Shown here one piece after another: positions 1 through 13,620 of a stretch of 64,000 bases of DNA. The notes below the pieces were generated by a model. The model saw only the letters and a program-made list of their open reading frames with translations, ran no database searches and was not told the DNA's origin. The number at the start of each line of letters is the position of its first letter. The first letter of the stretch is position 1. The stretch is from Camelus dromedarius. Lineage: Eukaryota. A program made the position numbers and the translations under genes. Location of the stretch: the NCBI RefSeq assembly GCF_036321535.1, contig NC_087437.1, positions 66,218,001 to 66,282,000 of the forward strand, given 5' to 3'.

Positions 1-101
1 GTATCTGTGACACTGTCATTCCTTGGTGTTTTTGGGAAATGGAGAGAATGTGTTTCTGGGTGTGTAATTAAATAAATAACATGTGTTCTTTTATCTAACA
101 G

Positions 102-260
102 CTGAAGCAATGGAAGGTATTTGAAGAGGAAAACCAAACAATCAGACGCATGGCCAAGTATTTCAGCACTCCCAGCAAAAGCTTGCATAGCCAGTATGGT
201 GAGGAACAGAATTGCCATGTTAGAGGAGAGAAAAATTCCATGGAGAGACTCCTCACAGAA
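102..260 (+). CDS. GPR156: GPR156 penultimate coding exon (post-TM7 cytoplasmic region)
   Basis: Acceptor ttttatctaacAG ends at 101 and donor GTAAGC starts at 261. The 159 nt phase-0 exon encodes LKQWKVFEEENQTIRRMAKYFSTPSKSLHSQYGEEQNCHVRGEKNSMERLLTE, recognised as GPR156, and joins the next exon in frame. Confidence 0.93.
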
Positions 261-449
261 GTAAGCTAGACCCTGCCTGGTGGGTTCTCTGTAAAGAACT
301 CCAGCCGCGCTTTGGTGGGCCCCAGATGTCTCATCGCTAACATTCTTTCTCCGCCCATTTCCCCACTTCCTAGCCATTCCTGTTTCCCTTAGCAGCGAGC
401 AGAGCCTCAGTGCTCCCCCAATGCCCTTCCCACTGCTGACCCTCACCCA

Positions 450-770
450 CTTCATGCATTCATGCGACAGATGTCTGCCAGGCATTGTGCTAAGTGCTGG
501 TGAACAAAACAGATATCGTCCTCACCTTCATGGAGCTCACAGTGTAGCGGAGGAAATAGAAATTGATCAAGTAAACATATAAATGGTGATGTTATGAAGG
601 GAAAAATCAGAGTGGCAAAAAAGAGTAATGGGGAACCTAATTTAGAGTGGTCAGAGAAGACTCCCTGAACTGAGAACTAAAGGTTAACTATAAATTAACC
701 AGGGAAAGAGTGCAGGGAAAAGCATTCCAAGTGAGGGGAGCAGCATTGCAAAGGCCCTGAGTAGTGGTGG
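450..770. mobile_element. L2 LINE remnant (intronic)
   Basis: cattcat...tgccaggcattgtgctaagtgctgg...ttcatggagctcacagtgtag...agcattcca...gcaaaggccctgag resembles an L2 3' region. Confidence 0.6.
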
Positions 771-3700
771 ACGCTAGCTTCCGCTGTATGACATATTCTT
801 TCTTTACATTCTTTCTAAGATCTTACAGGACCCCTTACTGTCTTTTCTGGGTTCTAACTAGAAATCTCAACCATCCTACCAACCTAGAAAATCAAGAAGT
901 GTCTAAAGATAGGGAGGAGGGCTGAATAGAGCCTCTGAATCTCATAGTCTCACCAAAGGGGGACCTGGCAGCCCCAGTTCTTTCTTCTGTTCTGGAGCCA
1001 GAATTGGCACCTGTCCCAGAACTAGGCAGACTGGTGTGGGCTTGAAGAAAGCACAGGGGAAGGCTTGAGGCTGCCCTACCTCAGAGGAGGCACGGAGCCC
1101 AGAGGAATTAGTCAGTTTCTTCACAATAACAAAATTATATTCCTTTTATTTACTTATTTTTGGGGGGTCAAGAACATACCTGAGTGGGCACTATTTGGGA
1201 AACTATGCTTTTTTGTATTGGACTGACACCTGGGTAGCAGCAGTCCCTGTGTGAGAGGGTGGTGTGATGGGGATCTAAGAAACACCACCAGTGAAGGGGT
1301 TCAGCAGCCCAGGCACCCGCTGTCTGTGCGCCTCAGCCTCACGCCCCGTCCCCTCGGTCTGGGCCTTTTTCATCCATTAGATTAATACTTCTCCACTTCT
1401 TTACTGTTTATGAAGCATCTAGGACCATTTCAAAGCCAGATTTCTTCCCACCTGGCAAAGGAGTAGTGTTGCCTTTGATAGTCTGTGAAGTCTTCAAAGA
1501 AGCGTTCTTTTTTAGCTAAACAGAAGGCCAGAAACTTGGCGAGAACACCCAGAATGGGTTTCATTCACAACCCGCTGGTGTTGGAACAGCCAAGTGGCCT
1601 GACTCTTCAGCCTCATAGTAATTTGTGACGTGCTTCATGTGCTTCTGCCATGCTACCCTGCTTCCCACGCAGTGACTGAATCTGCTCTATCCAGAAAGAT
1701 GCCTTGAGTCTGCAGGGGAAGGGCCCTAACAGGGAGCAGATGCATACTCAGTAAAGTGCTGACCTCCTGCCCCCGACACCCCACACCTGGAGCATCCTTC
1801 CCAGAACAAGCCTGAGAGCCAGCAGCCCATCCCAGGACGCTGTGGCAGGTCAAGAGAGGTCCCAGCTTCAGCACCGCCAGTGGATAAAGTATCTCCCCTG
1901 ACTCCACATATGCACAAACCCTGAGTCCAACATCTCAGCTGCTCTTCCGTCCTCCACAGCCCCTCTGTCACCCTGGTGTCCTCCTCTACTTTCCCATGAT
2001 CTGGGCGGTCCATCCTATTCTTGCCTCCCTTGCCTTAAGGCAGGGGTCCCCGGAGGCCTTATGGGGCAGCATCCGTCCCTGACTTCCCAGGCTGTTTGGA
2101 GGCCAGCAGCTAGAACCTTCCCAGAGCTTGAAGAACCTCCCTTCGACACTCTGCAGCAGAGGAAACTCACCTATTACTTTGAAACATAGAAACAAGAGAT
2201 TCTGTTTTCTCCCTGTGGCCTGCACCTTATAAAACATGCCTGTGGATGCTTTGCTTCCCTGGATGTGCCCAAAATAATCGTTAAGAAGCTCATTTAAATG
2301 CAGCTGCCACGTTTGGTCAGATTTGGGGCTCAGGATGGCAGTGCCTCACACACCATGCCTCTGATTAGTACACAGCCACGGTGCAAACAGAGCCCCACTT
2401 TCTTTTCTCGAAGAAGGGAGATTTACTGATGAGGCTGATGTTCCTAAAACTGTCACCAGCCAGCTTGGTGTGCGGGGAAAAGAATATTCTTCCCAACTCA
2501 GTGTTTCTACAGTTTTCCTACACTCAAAGGAACTTGTGGACACAGCACAAAAAGGCAGCACTCAGGGTTCAGTTGCCGGGGTAGCTGTCATCAGCTGATG
2601 GCTTCATGAGAAGGAAGAGGGCTGGGGGTCCCTCCAGTGCAGCCAGCACAGCCAGCCCTGTGAGACCCTCAGAGAGATACCTGGTACCACTCAGATATGA
2701 AAAGTCTGAGCGAATGTCTCCGTTACTCATCCCCTCTGCTCCTCGCGAGCCCTTGAGTCACTGCACTTCCCCAACAACGCCCAGCCCTTGCTGCCCTGTG
2801 GCTGAGAAGGGAGAATGCGGGCAGATGCTCAGCTGCAGATCCCTTCCGCTTATTCACCAGTTACTCACTGGTCTGGGACTCCTTCCTGAGGATAAAAGAA
2901 GTAGACTAAACCAGGTTGAACTGGGAGTACCAATAATCAGAAAAATCACCTTCCTGCTTAGAAACACGGAGCAGTAGAGCTGCCTTGGCATTGCTGCCAG
3001 AAGACTATTACGGGGCTTGTTTACTTACTTTACGGCTCCCTCGAAGGGTCGCTTCTGGGGAACTTGTCCGTATCTACCTGAGAAGAAACCACAGGTTCAG
3101 TCCGCAGGCAACTTGTGTCAGGTATCCTAAAGAGGGGAAACATCCTTTTATTCTAGGGTATAAAAAATGGATGTCCAGATGCTCATCCTCAGCTTCTAAA
3201 GAGGATGGCAACAAAGAGGCAGCATTTTGGTATTGGGACAAGGACTTCCTGGAACATAGCGCTTGTTTAATTATCTCCTCCAAACCCTCGACCTCATGTT
3301 ATCTGAACCAAGACCATCAGTTCCCCATGAGAATTTCTTTGCTGCTCCATTACCTTTGAATATCCATAATTTCAGAAGATGGACACAAGGCCTGAGCTAG
3401 ACAGTCACTACTGTACCACCAGAGGATTCTCAGGGCACACCCACTGCCACTAACTCTTCCTCCTACTTCATGTCCCAAGGTCTCAGAGTTACAACAGGCA
3501 CATCTCTGTAGCTGTCGTCTGCCAGCATCCCAGGCACAGCTTATTTATCAACTAACAGCCTTGCAGCAGGTAGGCAGCTCCTGGCAGAACTGCCCCAGCC
3601 TCATTTATCTTCTGGGCTCCCTTCTAGTTCTGTTGAATCAAGTTATCAGGGACCTACTCCCGGTAATCCTATTTTTTTAAGCTTCTCCAATAATTTTGAT

Positions 3701-4409
3701 ACAATTTCTTCTTTGGGAGATATTGACAGCTGATAGTGCCACATGATAGCTTCAGCCCCCCACCCCTAGGTTCCAGCCAGAAGAGGTGAATTACCAGCCT
3801 GAGATTCTCATTGGCTCTTGGCTCCAATCTTGTCACTTTGACCCAGGAATCTCCATCCTTCTCCCTGTTCTTCCCATTTTCTAGGCTGTCTAGCAAGAGG
3901 CAAAATTCTTGATTTCCCATTCATTCATCTCCTTGAGTGGTGCCTCAAGGTCATCTGTATTTTGCAAAAGTGTGATATCCCCAGAGTTGGGCCATCCCAA
4001 ACATTATTCAGACTGTGTCCTGCAGAGTGACCTGACCCCCTCAATTCTGAAGAAAGTTGAGAGGGCGCTGCAGCAGCCAGCAGGCAGCTAGACTTAGACT
4101 GTGCCCCATCCTCCCTTCTCACAGACAGTGCCACAGCCTGGGGACAACGCGGGGATTAAGATCGTACAACAGTAAATCAAGGTTAATCTTTATTGAGCAC
4201 CATAGTCCATTGTCATGCTAATCACTTTATGTGCATCAACTCATCTCACTCATGGGGGTCCCTCCTCAGAGCCTGAGATCACCAGCTAATACGCAGAGAA
4301 GCTGAGATTTAAATCAAGGTCCTCCAATGCCACGCTTTCTCCACCTTGGGACATAGTGTGAAAACCCTCGGCAGCATCTTTTGTTGATGGTTCTGCTTTT
4401 GTTTCACAG

Positions 4410-5759
4410 AAAAATGCTGTGATTGAAAGCCTGCAGGAACAAGTAAACAACGCCAAAGAGAAACTGATGAGGCTGATGTCAGCTGAGTGCGCCTATGACC
4501 CTCCAGCGGGGGCTGTCCCGCCTGCCTCTTCCCACAGCACAGATGTCCTGGCCGCGGCCTCTGCCCACAGCCTGGCAGCTCAAGGGCCTTCCGAATACCT
4601 CTCTGAATCTCAGAACGATACCCGTGCAGCCACCCGGGACTCCCAGAGTGTCTCAGGGCCTTCCTCCAGTGTACAGAACCTCAAGGGGCCTGGGAAGGAT
4701 GCCAGCCCCTCCTCAGGGCAGAAAGAGAAAATTTCTGACTTGAAAGACTTTTCTGGTCATTTCAATTTGGGCTGCAACCAGAAGCTGTGGGCTGAGCAAA
4801 GTCAGGGTGCAGAAAAGAGAGACCAGGTCCCTGTGGCCCTCCACCAGAGCCTCATACCAAGTGGAGAAGGCTCTGTTCCCCAGAGGAAGGGGCAGCTGGG
4901 GAACTCAGAGGAGCCCCAAGAGCGACGGTCAAGGGTCAATGCAGTGATCAGGGAGAAGCTTCAGGAAGTACTGCAAGATCTGGGCCTGGGCCCTGAGGCT
5001 GCCCTTGGCCCTCCTCTGTCCTGTCCAGGGCAGCCATGGAAGAGCAGCGCTGCCCACAGCCCCCAGAAGACGCCCCTCTCTGAGGAGCTGGGCTTCAGCC
5101 CCCACCTGGTGAGGAGAAGGAGGGCAGCACTGCGGGCTCGTTCGCACTTTCCAGGCTCTGTACCCTTGTATGGGGGCCGTCAGGTAAATAGAACTGTTTC
5201 TGGGGCGCACCGTGGGCTCAACGTGCAGGACAGGGACAGCCCCTGCCTGGACCCCCAAACTGCTGATTCCAGGGTACCAAGACCCTCTTCTGGGAAGCCT
5301 TTACTACTCCCAGATCCTCAAGGCAAGTCAGGCTCCCTGGAGGGCAGCAAACGACAACAGACAGAGCCCCAGGGAGCCCAAGGGAGCCGCGCAACCTTTC
5401 CTTACCGGCCTTCTGGTTCTGGCCGGGCACTCTGTCCCACTGCTCCCAACCTGTCCAGAGCCCCAGCAGACCTGCCTGAGCAGCGGCAGCTGCAGTCCCC
5501 GGGGTCTCCAGGCTGCCCCTCCCTGTCTTCTCCATGCAGCTACCTTGACACAGAATCCAGCAGCTCAGACGAGCTCTTCTGCCGCTGCCACCGGCCCTAC
5601 TGTGAAATCTGCTTCCAGAGCTCCTCTGATTCCAGTGGCAGCGACTCCTCAGACACCGACCCTGAGCCTGCAGTGGGGGTGGCTTCCTGGGAAAAGCTGT
5701 GGGCCCGCTCAAAGCCTATCGTGAACTTCAAAGGTGACTTGAAACCCACACTGGTGTGA
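4410..5759 (+). CDS. GPR156: GPR156 terminal coding exon (long intracellular C-tail)
   Basis: Acceptor ttttgtttcacAG ends at 4409. The frame is open from KNAVIESLQEQVNNAKEK to CRCHRPYCEIC...WEKLWARSKPIVNFKGDLKPTLV*, matching the GPR156 C-terminus. The position upstream of GSK3B agrees with known mammalian gene order. Confidence 0.95.
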   Translation, partial: KNAVIESLQEQVNNAKEKLMRLMSAECAYDPPAGAVPPASSHSTDVLAAASAHSLAAQGPSEYLSESQNDTRAATRDSQSVSGPSSSVQNLKGPGKDASPSSGQKEKISDLKDFSGHFNLGCNQKLWAEQSQGAEKRDQVPVALHQSLIPSGEGSVPQRKGQLGNSEEPQERRSRVNAVIREKLQEVLQDLGLGPEAALGPPLSCPGQPWKSSAAHSPQKTPLSEELGFSPHLVRRRRAALRARSHFPGSVPLYGGRQVNRTVSGAHRGLNVQDRDSPCLDPQTADSRVPRPSSGKPLLLPDPQGKSGSLEGSKRQQTEPQGAQGSRATFPYRPSGSGRALCPTAPNLSRAPADLPEQRQLQSPGSPGCPSLSSPCSYLDTESSSSDELFCRCHRPYCEICFQSSSDSSGSDSSDTDPEPAVGVASWEKLWARSKPIVNFKGDLKPTLV

Positions 5760-6709
5760 ACAGCAGAGCAAGTCTGGATGTAGAGGTTTGTCCAGGACAA
5801 GCTGCACCATGGCCTACAAAGGGAAGGCCAGTTCTGGCCTTCGGGGACTAGACCAGTGCCATGCGTTTGACCAGCCCTCCCCATGTCTCAGCTGTGCTCG
5901 CCTGAGCAGTGTGTTACCTTGAGCACTTCTTGATCTATAAAAAGAGGGGTATCGCCTGTCTTGTTACTACCTCACAGCATTCCCATAAAAAACTCCAGTT
6001 GAGTGCCCATAAAAGATACCCTTTGGATAAAAGGTGCTAAATGAGCCCAGGGGGATTTTTGTCCTGAGGAGCCTGTGATCTACAAAAGTTTTCATATATA
6101 CCAGATGGATGGCTGGTAGACAGACAGATGGAGAAATGGAAGGAAAACTTCTGCAGAACCAGAGCTGTGGACTGTGTTGGTTGCGTCCACCTGGCTTTTT
6201 GGTGGCAGACCTGCTAGGAAGATAAGTCTCCTCTGTCCTTAGGTATCCCACTCTTGGCTAGGGGTGGTTTTATTTCTGTTCAAGTTGGTGAACAGCACCA
6301 CCCCCAGGTTCCAGCTTCTGGCTAGACTCAGCTCAGAGCCACCTCTCCACCTCTGTTTGGTGTTCATGTCTTTACAGCATTATGGTGCCTCACCATTGTC
6401 CCTGAGGCAGTCAGGTGTCCACTGGGCCACAGGCTGCCCAGATCTCTCTCCGGGACTCGGATGGCACCTGAGCCCCACCCCTTGAACTCTGCTAGTGGTG
6501 TGGTTTTGCAGTAGGGGACGCACACACTGGCAATCTCTGCTGAGGTAGGTGAAGCCCTGTTAGTCGAGGGATGCTTTGAGTGCCCTTGGGACCACGTGAC
6601 CACCGATGGCTACACAAACCTGGAAATAGAAAGTAGGGAAACAGAAAGGAAGAAATGGGGGAGAAGGTAGGAAAGAAAACAGGTTTTGAACGTTTACCTC
6701 GAGTCTGGC

Positions 6710-6870
6710 ACGGTACTTGGAAATACCAAAAATCAGCAGTTCCTTACAATAATCCCTTGAAGTGGACACTCGCATTCCCATTTTTACAGATGAGAGTATG
6801 AGGCTTTTTGAGACCTGAGGTGGCTTCCCCAACATCACACCGCTGGAGAGTGGAGTGGCCCCAGGGGGGC
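6710..6870. mobile_element. MIR SINE within the GPR156 3' UTR
   Basis: Contains the MIR core cccatttttacagatgag...catcacac. Confidence 0.6.
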
Positions 6871-7496
6871 TTGCCCCACAGCTCGTGGACTCCACGTGGG
6901 TCAACTTCCCTGGGCCGCATCTATTCATTGTTCTGAGGGTGGCAGGCCAGACCAGAAAGCCAGGGTAGTGTGGGAAGCTGCCCTGTGCTCACTGTGCAGT
7001 CCAGGAGAACAAAACGGGGCTCCTCACCTCAGGAGGCAGCCCCTGCTGCCCCATGGCCTCAGGGGCCCGCTGGACCCTCGACGGGAGCCAGTGAGTCAGT
7101 GAAAGCTAAGTGCCAGGGTCTCCTCTGCTGCCAGAGCCACAGGGAAGACACAGCTGGGGCCACTGCACTTGTTGCTGAGCTGTTGTTGTTTACAGGCTAT
7201 TCCCTGCCCCAACCTGGGTGTGCATCTGCGTGTGCACATGTTTGTGTGCACGAGTTTGGGCCTCCTTAGATATGTCTGGAAGGGGGCTTTTGGCTCTAAA
7301 CGTCTCACAGAAGATGTGTCATGGACTCCCGGTGGCTGCTGACACCTTATGAATCTCCAGACACCAGACCGGGAGGCCCTCCTAGTAACACAGCTTCTTC
7401 TGTTGTCGACTTTTAAACACAAATATCATAATTTATTCAGTGTGTGGGTTTGGAGTTTCTGCTTGTGCTGTTTGTATGCTATCCAAGAGATTCCTT

Positions 7497-7502
7497 AATA
7501 AA
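7497..7502 (+). terminator. Polyadenylation signal of GPR156
   Basis: Canonical AATAAA preceded by a U/GU-rich segment that includes TGTA. Confidence 0.65.
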
Positions 7503-10459
7503 AGAAATGGCTCCCAAGGCAAAGTCTCTTCAGAAACTGTAGTTTCGGGGCATAGAGAAGACTGAGCCACCCAAAGGGGTGGAGACGCAGCGGCCATTAG
7601 AGTTGCTGCTTGCTGACCCTTCTACCAAACTGCCATTCATGACAGATTCTTCTGTGGTCTCCCTGTGCAGCCTCCTATCCCAGAAACACCTGCCCCAGCG
7701 GGCAGAGGAAACTCTGGAGACCCTCGACTCTTCCTCCAGAAGAGGAGGTCCTGTGGTTGGGCTTCCCCACCTCCTTTCCTCCCAGTATGTCACCACAAGC
7801 AGCCTACTGTTCATCAGCGTGAAATATGCAGCCTCTAAACCTGGCAGTCCTTGTAGCCTCTCACTCTCTCTGCTCCTATAGCCTCAGGTCCCGTATCCCA
7901 GCCCTTCCACATCTTCAGCCCTCTTCTATCTAGAATTTCTAGATAAAATTTCTTTTCCCTCTTTGTGCACCTTGTGAATTACTCATCCTCCAAGGCTCAG
8001 GGAAAGCATGCATTCTCTTTCAGCCCTTTCTGAACATCCTCCAAACAAAATTGACATCCCTTAATTAAATAAAGAAAGATATTTGGGGGTCCATGTTTCA
8101 AACTTAGTTGTATGGAGGCGTCTGTGTCCATTTGACTTTGTAACCCTTGCTAGACTTGGTTGAAAAAATGGAGAATCTATCCTGCCTTTTCCTTATTTAT
8201 CATTCGGTTTGAAAACTATGTACCAAACACGACAACGGCCTACCCTAAAATACTGTCTCCAGCTCTACTGTTTACTCTGCGCCATCTCCACGCCTACTCC
8301 TCACAAGCTCTTTCCCTAAATCTTTTACCCAAGGCCACCTGATCCAGCGAAGAAATCCTTGAAGGGGTGAGTGTGCCATGACTTCTGGCCTGCTCTTACT
8401 TGTTATGCAAGGAAACCCTGGAGAAGTAAACATTACCTCTGCTGCCGCCGTCCGGGCTATGCCTGTCTTAAGGTCTGGCGTGGAGCCTGGCCTGCTTCTT
8501 ACCCATCTATGTGTTGTTGCTCTGCTGACTGAAATCTTGGATTGGATGTGTACATCCTGATCCCAAAATCTGTCCCTCTCCCCTGGCCTGAGTCAAACTC
8601 TCTTTCCTTAAAGGGTCAACTTGGCCTCCCCAGAGCTTGTAGAGGAGAAAAGAGCATCAGATGTGGGAGGCATGTTTTTAACAAACCATATCACTTCTAA
8701 ATGATAAAGAGAAAAGTCAATGCAAGTTGCACAGAATCTCTTCTGTACCTGTATTTATTTTATTATTTTCAGATGTGTCTCCTCCACAGATTACAAGTTC
8801 CTGAAAGCGTTGAATGTGTCTTCTGCATCTTTGTATCCTCTAGGGTAGCCATCAGAGAGCCTTGTACAAAGTATGAGTCCAATAAATATTTGATGGATGG
8901 ATTTCTGGGCCAATAAGTGGATGAAACAAAGGAAAGCAAGGAAACAAAGGAAGGCAAAGAACCTATAATGGAGCTAGCGGTGCAGCAGAAAGGGCGGCAG
9001 AGCCGTCTGGCTTCACTGCCTTCCAGTGCCTTCCACTGCCTTAAGAGTAAGAAACAACATCACTGAAAGATCCAGAAGGAACTGAAATCTGAAAATGACA
9101 GTACTTTAAGTCTCTTAGAGGGAAGTGAGGTAGAGCGATAGAGTTAATGGAAGAGAAGCAAGAAAGTTATTGTGATAAAGATCTCTTAAAGATGCTTTCC
9201 TCACAGGCTTGTAACTAAGCAACAAGCAGTTGTATTAGCAGGAGAGTGGTCTGTTCATCTTTCTCACCATCACCTCCCTGAGCCCCCCTTCTCAGAGCCC
9301 CAAGTAAAACAGTTTCCCTGTTCCCTCTGGCTGCTGCACTTTTCCCAGTAACAGCGTCTAGGTTTTGTTAAGGAAGGTCTAAGGCAGAGACGGCATCTTT
9401 AGGGCTGAAAACAGGAGAGATTACTCTTTGTCTTCAAACTTTGCTCTTTCCCACCACTGGTACCCAGTCTGATCTCATTCTCCCTGACATGTTCCTGATC
9501 ATAGCATCCGCAGCTAGACTGCATTTGAGTAAGGGAACATCTCAGGATACTCAGTTCACTACCGAGGTCACAAAGAGACAGGAAATGCTAGTGCCATGAG
9601 GCAAAATGACCTGTTACAAGCTTGACAAGATGTAGGTCAGTGTTTTCCCAACCCTTTTCATTCTTTGGCTTACCTTCGGATGTCTAAAATATGTCTAAGT
9701 ATGACATGTGGGCTCAGAGAATAAAAGCTTTGGAGAAGCCCTGGAAAGGTCTGCAGGTGACTAAGAGAAAAGCAAAAGAGCAGAAAAAAAAGGGAAGACA
9801 AGAAGTCCAGGGAACAGAGATGAGATGTGAAGGAGGGAGGACAGCAGGGGGCAGGAGGCATCCTGCTTCGCTTTGTCAGTGGACCTTGCCTCTCTTGTGA
9901 ATGAGTGTGTTGGCTGTGGTCTGAGTTAAAGAAAGTGGGGCTCACTTCCGTGAAGAAGGGCAAGGGTACCCTTGCAGAGCCCTTTCTTCAGGGTGGATGG
10001 AACTGTTGGTTCATTTCTCTGCTTTCCCTACTAGACTGTGGGCTTCTTGCGCCTACAACTTGTTGTAATTATCTTGGTGTCCCCAGCACCCAGCACTGTG
10101 CCTGGTGCATTGGTTGATGCTCAGCAAATGTTTGTCAAAAGAAATGAGGAGAGTGGCCTTGCCAGAACTGTCTCAAGGGGGACCCCCAGAGTCCTTACCA
10201 CCTCCCCCTCCAACTTTCTGTCACTGCCAATTAGACTTAATATGACTTCTCATAAGAGCTGAGGTCACCTGGGAAGCATGGCTTAGGTATCTCACCATGG
10301 GCAACAATGTTGATTCACTGAAGTTTAAATGCTTTGGGATAATGCCCGGACTTTTTCTCAAAAGCAGGCGTTTTAGATGGGCTCTCTTCTCCACTAATTT
10401 TTGAACAATAATTTTCCCCCATGCAATGCCAGGCCTTAAAGTCACCCAGGTGTCTGTGT

Positions 10460-10625
10460 GATTTTCAGCAAGTTGCATCACTTCTTTGTGGCTCAGTTTA
10501 CCCAACTGTAAACTAGGATAATAACACCTTCCTCATACAGTGGTTATGAAGGTTAAATGAAGTAATATTAATTATTGATTCAAACTATGTCTGGTACATA
10601 GTAAACATTATATTAAGTGTTTGTC
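10460..10625 (+). mobile_element. MIR SINE
   Basis: caagttgcatcacttctttgtggctcagttt...ctgtaaa...ataataac...gttatgaaggttaaatga. Confidence 0.6.
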
Positions 10626-11009
10626 TTAGAAAGTTGTTTGGGAAACACAGCTTTATATTTTAAAATCTTCTCTATGTTTTCTTGCTTAATACCAAAATCC
10701 CCGTTCCTCGTGTTCATTTTTTTTTTTTTTCTGATGGAAGGGTCTTTTAAATAGGTCTGGCAATGTGAGGATGGCCTTTTGGTTCAGCCTACTTCTAGGA
10801 TAACAGAATTTTCTCCCTGAACCCCTTCTAGGTCAGGCTCATCTACTGTGGGAAGCACATCCACCTGCAGGACTCAGATATCAGGGCACGCCTAGAGAAA
10901 GGTGCAGCTGAAAGTCAGGAAATCTTATTTTTTTAGGGTAGAGCCAAAAGAGGACTAATTTCCTTTACAGAAATACTATGCATTTCATAGTAGAAAAAAA
11001 AATAGGATA

Positions 11010-11200
11010 CCTACTACGTGCCACTTAATCCTTGTCTCATTTAAGGCTTATAAACACCCCCGCAAAATAGTCATTATTTCTGTTTTGCAGATGAGGAAAC
11101 TGTAACTGGGAGAGGTTAAGTCAGTAGCCCAAAGTCACACAACCGGTTAGAGGCAGAGCCAACTTTTGAACTGAAGTCTGACTTGATTCCAAAGCCCTTT
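11010..11200 (-). mobile_element. MIR SINE
   Basis: ttttgcagatgaggaaactg...agaggttaag...cccaaagtcacac. Confidence 0.65.
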
Positions 11201-13620
11201 TTGGACGCCCCAATGCTGGTTCCAGAGCATGTGCTGCAGGCGTGCTACCAGAAGACAGAAGGAATTTCAACCCGGCAGGGCAGGGACCCAGGCCGAGGTT
11301 TTCTTAGGACACCAAGGTTTCCAGCAAGCTGGTCTGGTTCTGTAAGCCTGTTGCAAAACCCTCCATTGCTGAGTCATTGAACAACAGCGTCCTGAAGGCT
11401 GGAAGGAAGCTTTCTAAAACTACCTGGTCCCTCCCGCCCCCTTCAGGAAGTTCAATGCCAAACACACATGGTAATGAAAACAAGCCAGTCCCTTGTTTAA
11501 AAAGACCAAACCCAGTCCTCCAAGCTGAAAGTTTTTTCTCCAGTGCCGTGCGCTTTAAGTGGCACAAAAGCTGACGCTGGGCAAGGGTCCCAGAAGACCC
11601 TGTGGTGACTAGAATCAGGGCAGACCACGGGGCTTCTGCTGGGACTCAGGCAGGGCCCTGGAATCTCTTCAGCTCAGGTCCCTGCTTTGCTGAAAGACTG
11701 TCCTTGCTCCCACTTCCTGCAGGATGAACTCTCACCAAGGTTTGGGGCTCAAGACCCTCCATTCTGGGGCTCTACCCTCCCCCATTCTCAGCTTGCCTAA
11801 ATCTCTCCGCCTTGTTCCGGCCAAGTGGGTTTGCTGTGTGTTACCCAGAGCGCACCAGCGCCCACCTGAGGCTCTCACATCTGTTCCCACCTCCCTTCCC
11901 TCTCCCTCTAGCCACCCCAGGCTGCAGTGACTTCTCTTTCCTCCGACCAGTTCCAACTGGTCTCAGAATTTATTATCTTGAGCTGTTACGTAAATCCTTC
12001 ATTGTGAACTTTTCACATGTTCGCTTCTTGCCTCTCTGACTAAATCATCAGGGACTGGAGGTCAAAAGCCATGTCTGATTCAGCCTTGCATGTCCACAGT
12101 ATCCTGCACAGCGCCTGATGCCAGGTAGATCTCAATCAGCATTTCTAGGCTTATTTAGAAGACTGACCAACTCTTCTCTCTGCTCCTACCTTTCTGTCTG
12201 TACCAAGTGGATTTTGAGCAAACAAAAAAGGAATTTGGCAGCGTATTTCTTGCAGACTGTACTTGAAGTTTAGCATTTCAGAGGATCTCTTCTGTCTCAT
12301 TGGTGGGGAGTCCACTATATGCCAAGCATTATGATAGGGCCTTACCAATAATGCTGGAAGAAACTGAGCTAACAGGACCCAAGCAGTAAGATCCCTAAAA
12401 CTCTGGACCCAGTTTCCCCCAATATCCTCAAAACAAACAAACAAAAACTTGCGATGATGAAAACCACTTCCCTCCATCTTTCCCATCCATGAACACCTAC
12501 AGGAAGCTGAAGCATCTTAAAAAAGCAGAGACTGGGTTGTTTCTGCTGCAGTTGCTACTGTTCCCACCATAAAATATAGTAGAGAATCGGAACAGGATGC
12601 AGATCTGTCAACACATCCTTCTGATGTCACAAGCAGGCACTTTTACACTCAGGGAAAGGGGGCCCTCCCAGTGGAATGCAGCCAGATGTCTTATTTCCAG
12701 CAATTAGCCCTGTCACTCCACAACTACAGGAGCCTCCTGACTGGGCCAGAGTGGTCCGGGCCTAGCATCCAGAAGCCACTGCTGTCAATCCACATCCTAA
12801 AAGGATTTCTTTCCTCTGAAGCCCTGCCTGCAGTTACCAGGAATCCCAGATCAAGGTAAGATCTTGACATTAGCATTTTAAGTTCCCAAAGAGATTTTCA
12901 CGTGCAGCCAGAGTTGAGAGCCCCTGGGCTTTCTGCCATCATCTCCATCCCTACGTTTTGCCCAGTCCTGCCCCAGACCAATCCTGCTCCTCCCTAAGCA
13001 TCGCTGCAGGTATTAGGGAAGGTAGATGGATAACTCTCATGTTCCCTTTCTTCATCTCAAGCATAGGTCCCTCCTCCTCCGTGAGCCTTTCCTGCACATC
13101 TCAGCCCACTGTGCCTTCCCTCTGCAATGGTAATGATCCAAGAGCTGTCCAGCACACACACACTCACCCTCTGCCTGGCAGTGGAAGGCAGCCCCTCACA
13201 TGGGCATGCTTCTCTCTCCTGAAATCACAAACTCCTTGGAGACAAGAGCCATCCTTTGAACCTCTTTACGTCCTGATGGGGATGAGCATGGAATGCTGTG
13301 CACACAACAGACATAAGAGGTGCTTAAATATTAATGGAAGGAGAGAGGGAAAGGGAGCAAGAGAGGATGAATTCTGATTCAACAAATATTTATTGTGCAT
13401 CTATCATGAAGCAGATGGAGAAACAGTGAACAAGTAAACAAAAGATTCTATTTCCCAGCTAGTGGGAAGTGCAGTAGAAAATACATAAGCCAGGGTAAAG
13501 AGACAGGGAATGGATGAATGAATAAATGAATGAATGTCTAGTAAATGCAAGCTCCACAGACATTTAATTTACATCTATCCAGGGTTTTCCCGAACCAGCT
13601 TGTGCAAAAGCAGAAAGTGA

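Larger units (their letters stand above)
5760..7525 (+). other. GPR156: GPR156 3' UTR (approximate end)
   Basis: Runs from the stop codon to the AATAAA at 7497; the cleavage site is inferred about 20 nt downstream. Confidence 0.65.

Noticed and set aside
4495..5884. Overlapping alternative-frame and antisense ORFs in the GPR156 last exon
   Set aside because: Expected shadows of a GC-rich coding exon, with no independent support.
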